From assembly GCA_007695095.1 (NCBI GenBank), contig REEL01000107.1, positions 961-64,960 on the forward strand: a stretch of 64,000 nt of DNA. The letters are read 5' to 3'. The notes under the pieces are model-generated. The model did no database searches and had not been told where the DNA came from. It saw only the letters and a list, made by a program, of their open reading frames with translations. Positions 63,145-64,000 of this stretch are shown here, piece by piece. The translations under genes and the position numbers were made by a program. Every line of letters starts with the position of its first letter. The stretch's first letter is position 1. Origin of the DNA: Chitinophagaceae bacterium. Its GTDB lineage: Bacteria; Bacteroidota; Bacteroidia; Chitinophagales; REEL01.

Positions 63145-64000
63145 TTTTAATTATTTTGTTTACAGCTATTTTAGCTGAAGATAAACATAAAGGAATTCCT
63201 CCGCCCGGGTGAACGCTTCCACCACATACGTATAAACCTTTAATCCCCGGCACCCGGCTTTGATGTCTTTGAAAAGCTGACCACTTTGAGTTAGATGCGT
63301 TTCCGTAAATTGCGCCTCCTATTGAGTTTGTTCTGTCCTCTAATTTTTCGGGAGTAAGAATCCACTCACATTCAATTTTATCTTCAAAGCACTCTCCGAT
63401 TCTATTACTTATTTTTTCAATCACAGTTTTCCGAATTTCTGCAATTTCTTTATCACCAACTTTAATTCCGGCAGGCATGTTTATCATGGTAAACCAATTT
63501 TCACAACCCGGAGGAGCATCACTTGCTACCATTTTTGAACTGATAAACAGGTAAATTGTAGGATCTGCCGGTATTCTTTTTTTGTCAAATAAGTCTTCAA
63601 ACTCTTTTTTATAATCTGTGGTAAAAAAAATATTATGCAGGGCCAACTTATTAAATTTGCCTTTGATGCCCCAATTGAAAACTAAGGCCGAAGTAGACTT
63701 TTCTTTAGCTGCTTTTGAATATTTTTTTTCCTTACCCAGCATTTTATATGTTAATTCAATATCGCTATTGCTGACAATTATTTTTGAAGGAAAAAATCCT
63801 TTAGTTGTTTCTATACCGCTTACTCCACTTTTATCAAAACATATTTTTTTCACTTCCTGATTAAAATGAAAATTGACGCCCTTTGCTTTTGCCAATGTTA
63901 TCAGCGACTCAATTATAGAATACATTCCTTTTTTAGGCAAAAAAGCGCCTTTATTATACTCTATATGGGGTATAACATTAAGTGTTGCAGGAGCTTTGTA
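63128..64000 (-). CDS. phytoene-desaturase-family oxidoreductase, CrtD-like (5' end beyond window)
   Basis: The frame stays open upstream of the track's TTG at 63940; reading on gives '...YKAPATLNVIPHIEYNKGAFLPKKGMYSII'. The C-terminus 'LYVCGGSVHPGGGIPLCLSSAKIA' is typical of the CrtI family. The CrtD assignment comes from context only. Confidence 0.55.
   Translation of the reverse strand, partial: YKAPATLNVIPHIEYNKGAFLPKKGMYSIIESLITLAKAKGVNFHFNQEVKKICFDKSGVSGIETTKGFFPSKIIVSNSDIELTYKMLGKEKKYSKAAKEKSTSALVFNWGIKGKFNKLALHNIFFTTDYKKEFEDLFDKKRIPADPTIYLFISSKMVASDAPPGCENWFTMINMPAGIKVGDKEIAEIRKTVIEKISNRIGECFEDKIECEWILTPEKLEDRTNSIGGAIYGNASNSKWSAFQRHQSRVPGIKGLYVCGGSVHPGGGIPLCLSSAKIAVNKIIKNEAKS

Noticed and set aside
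1-64000. I searched the whole window for CRISPR arrays, tRNA/rRNA genes, transposases, integrases, phage structural genes, toxin-antitoxin pairs and known defence-system enzymes.
   Set aside because: No ORF carries recognisable motifs for any of these, and I saw no spaced short direct-repeat array or cloverleaf-like segment in the intergenic regions. The only long repeats are intragenic, in the collagen-like and Cys-rich repeat genes. By-eye detection of small ncRNAs is weak, so absence is not proven.

Overview
AT-rich chromosomal segment with the hallmarks of a Bacteroidota genome, probably Flavobacteriia- or Cytophagia-like. It carries gliding/T9SS parts (GldB-like lipoprotein, PorP/SprF, type-A and type-B T9SS C-terminal sorting domains), a Bat aerotolerance-type operon, an atpBEFHAG operon without atpDC, and a CrtYcd-type carotenoid cluster. 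I support about 52 protein-coding genes. Most are housekeeping: nadE, serC-serA-DUF1015, ridA, mpg, a pseudouridine synthase, thiL, recQ, manC-like, carB, ATP synthase and LPS-type glycosyltransferases. I recognised no rRNA, tRNA, CRISPR array, transposase, integrase or prophage gene, so no classical mobile or defence island is evident. Two surface-protein regions look accessory. (i) At 9.3-21.1 kb, three consecutive T9SS type-A cargo genes encode 477, 1459 and about 1860 aa. The largest contains an unrecognised Cys-bracketed domain of about 160 aa present four times, plus a 99-bp-period Cys-rich tandem repeat. (ii) At 39.8-48.8 kb, a collagen-stalk protein with a C-terminal beta-rich head leads a cluster with a small acidic protein, a type-B T9SS adhesin, PorP/SprF and two OmpA-family proteins. 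These two regions are my best candidates for something undescribed. Smaller oddities are a serC-serA-DUF1015 coupled operon, a degenerate 3-hydroxyacyl-CoA-dehydrogenase-like protein, a CxxCH lipoprotein coupled to a DNA glycosylase, a membrane-fused MtfA-like peptidase beside a variant Smr protein, and a CarB lacking the allosteric domain. All calls come from motif-level reading of the supplied translations and the nucleotide sequence. No database search, HMM scan or fold prediction was possible, and several starts differ from the ORF track where it used upstream TTG/GTG codons.
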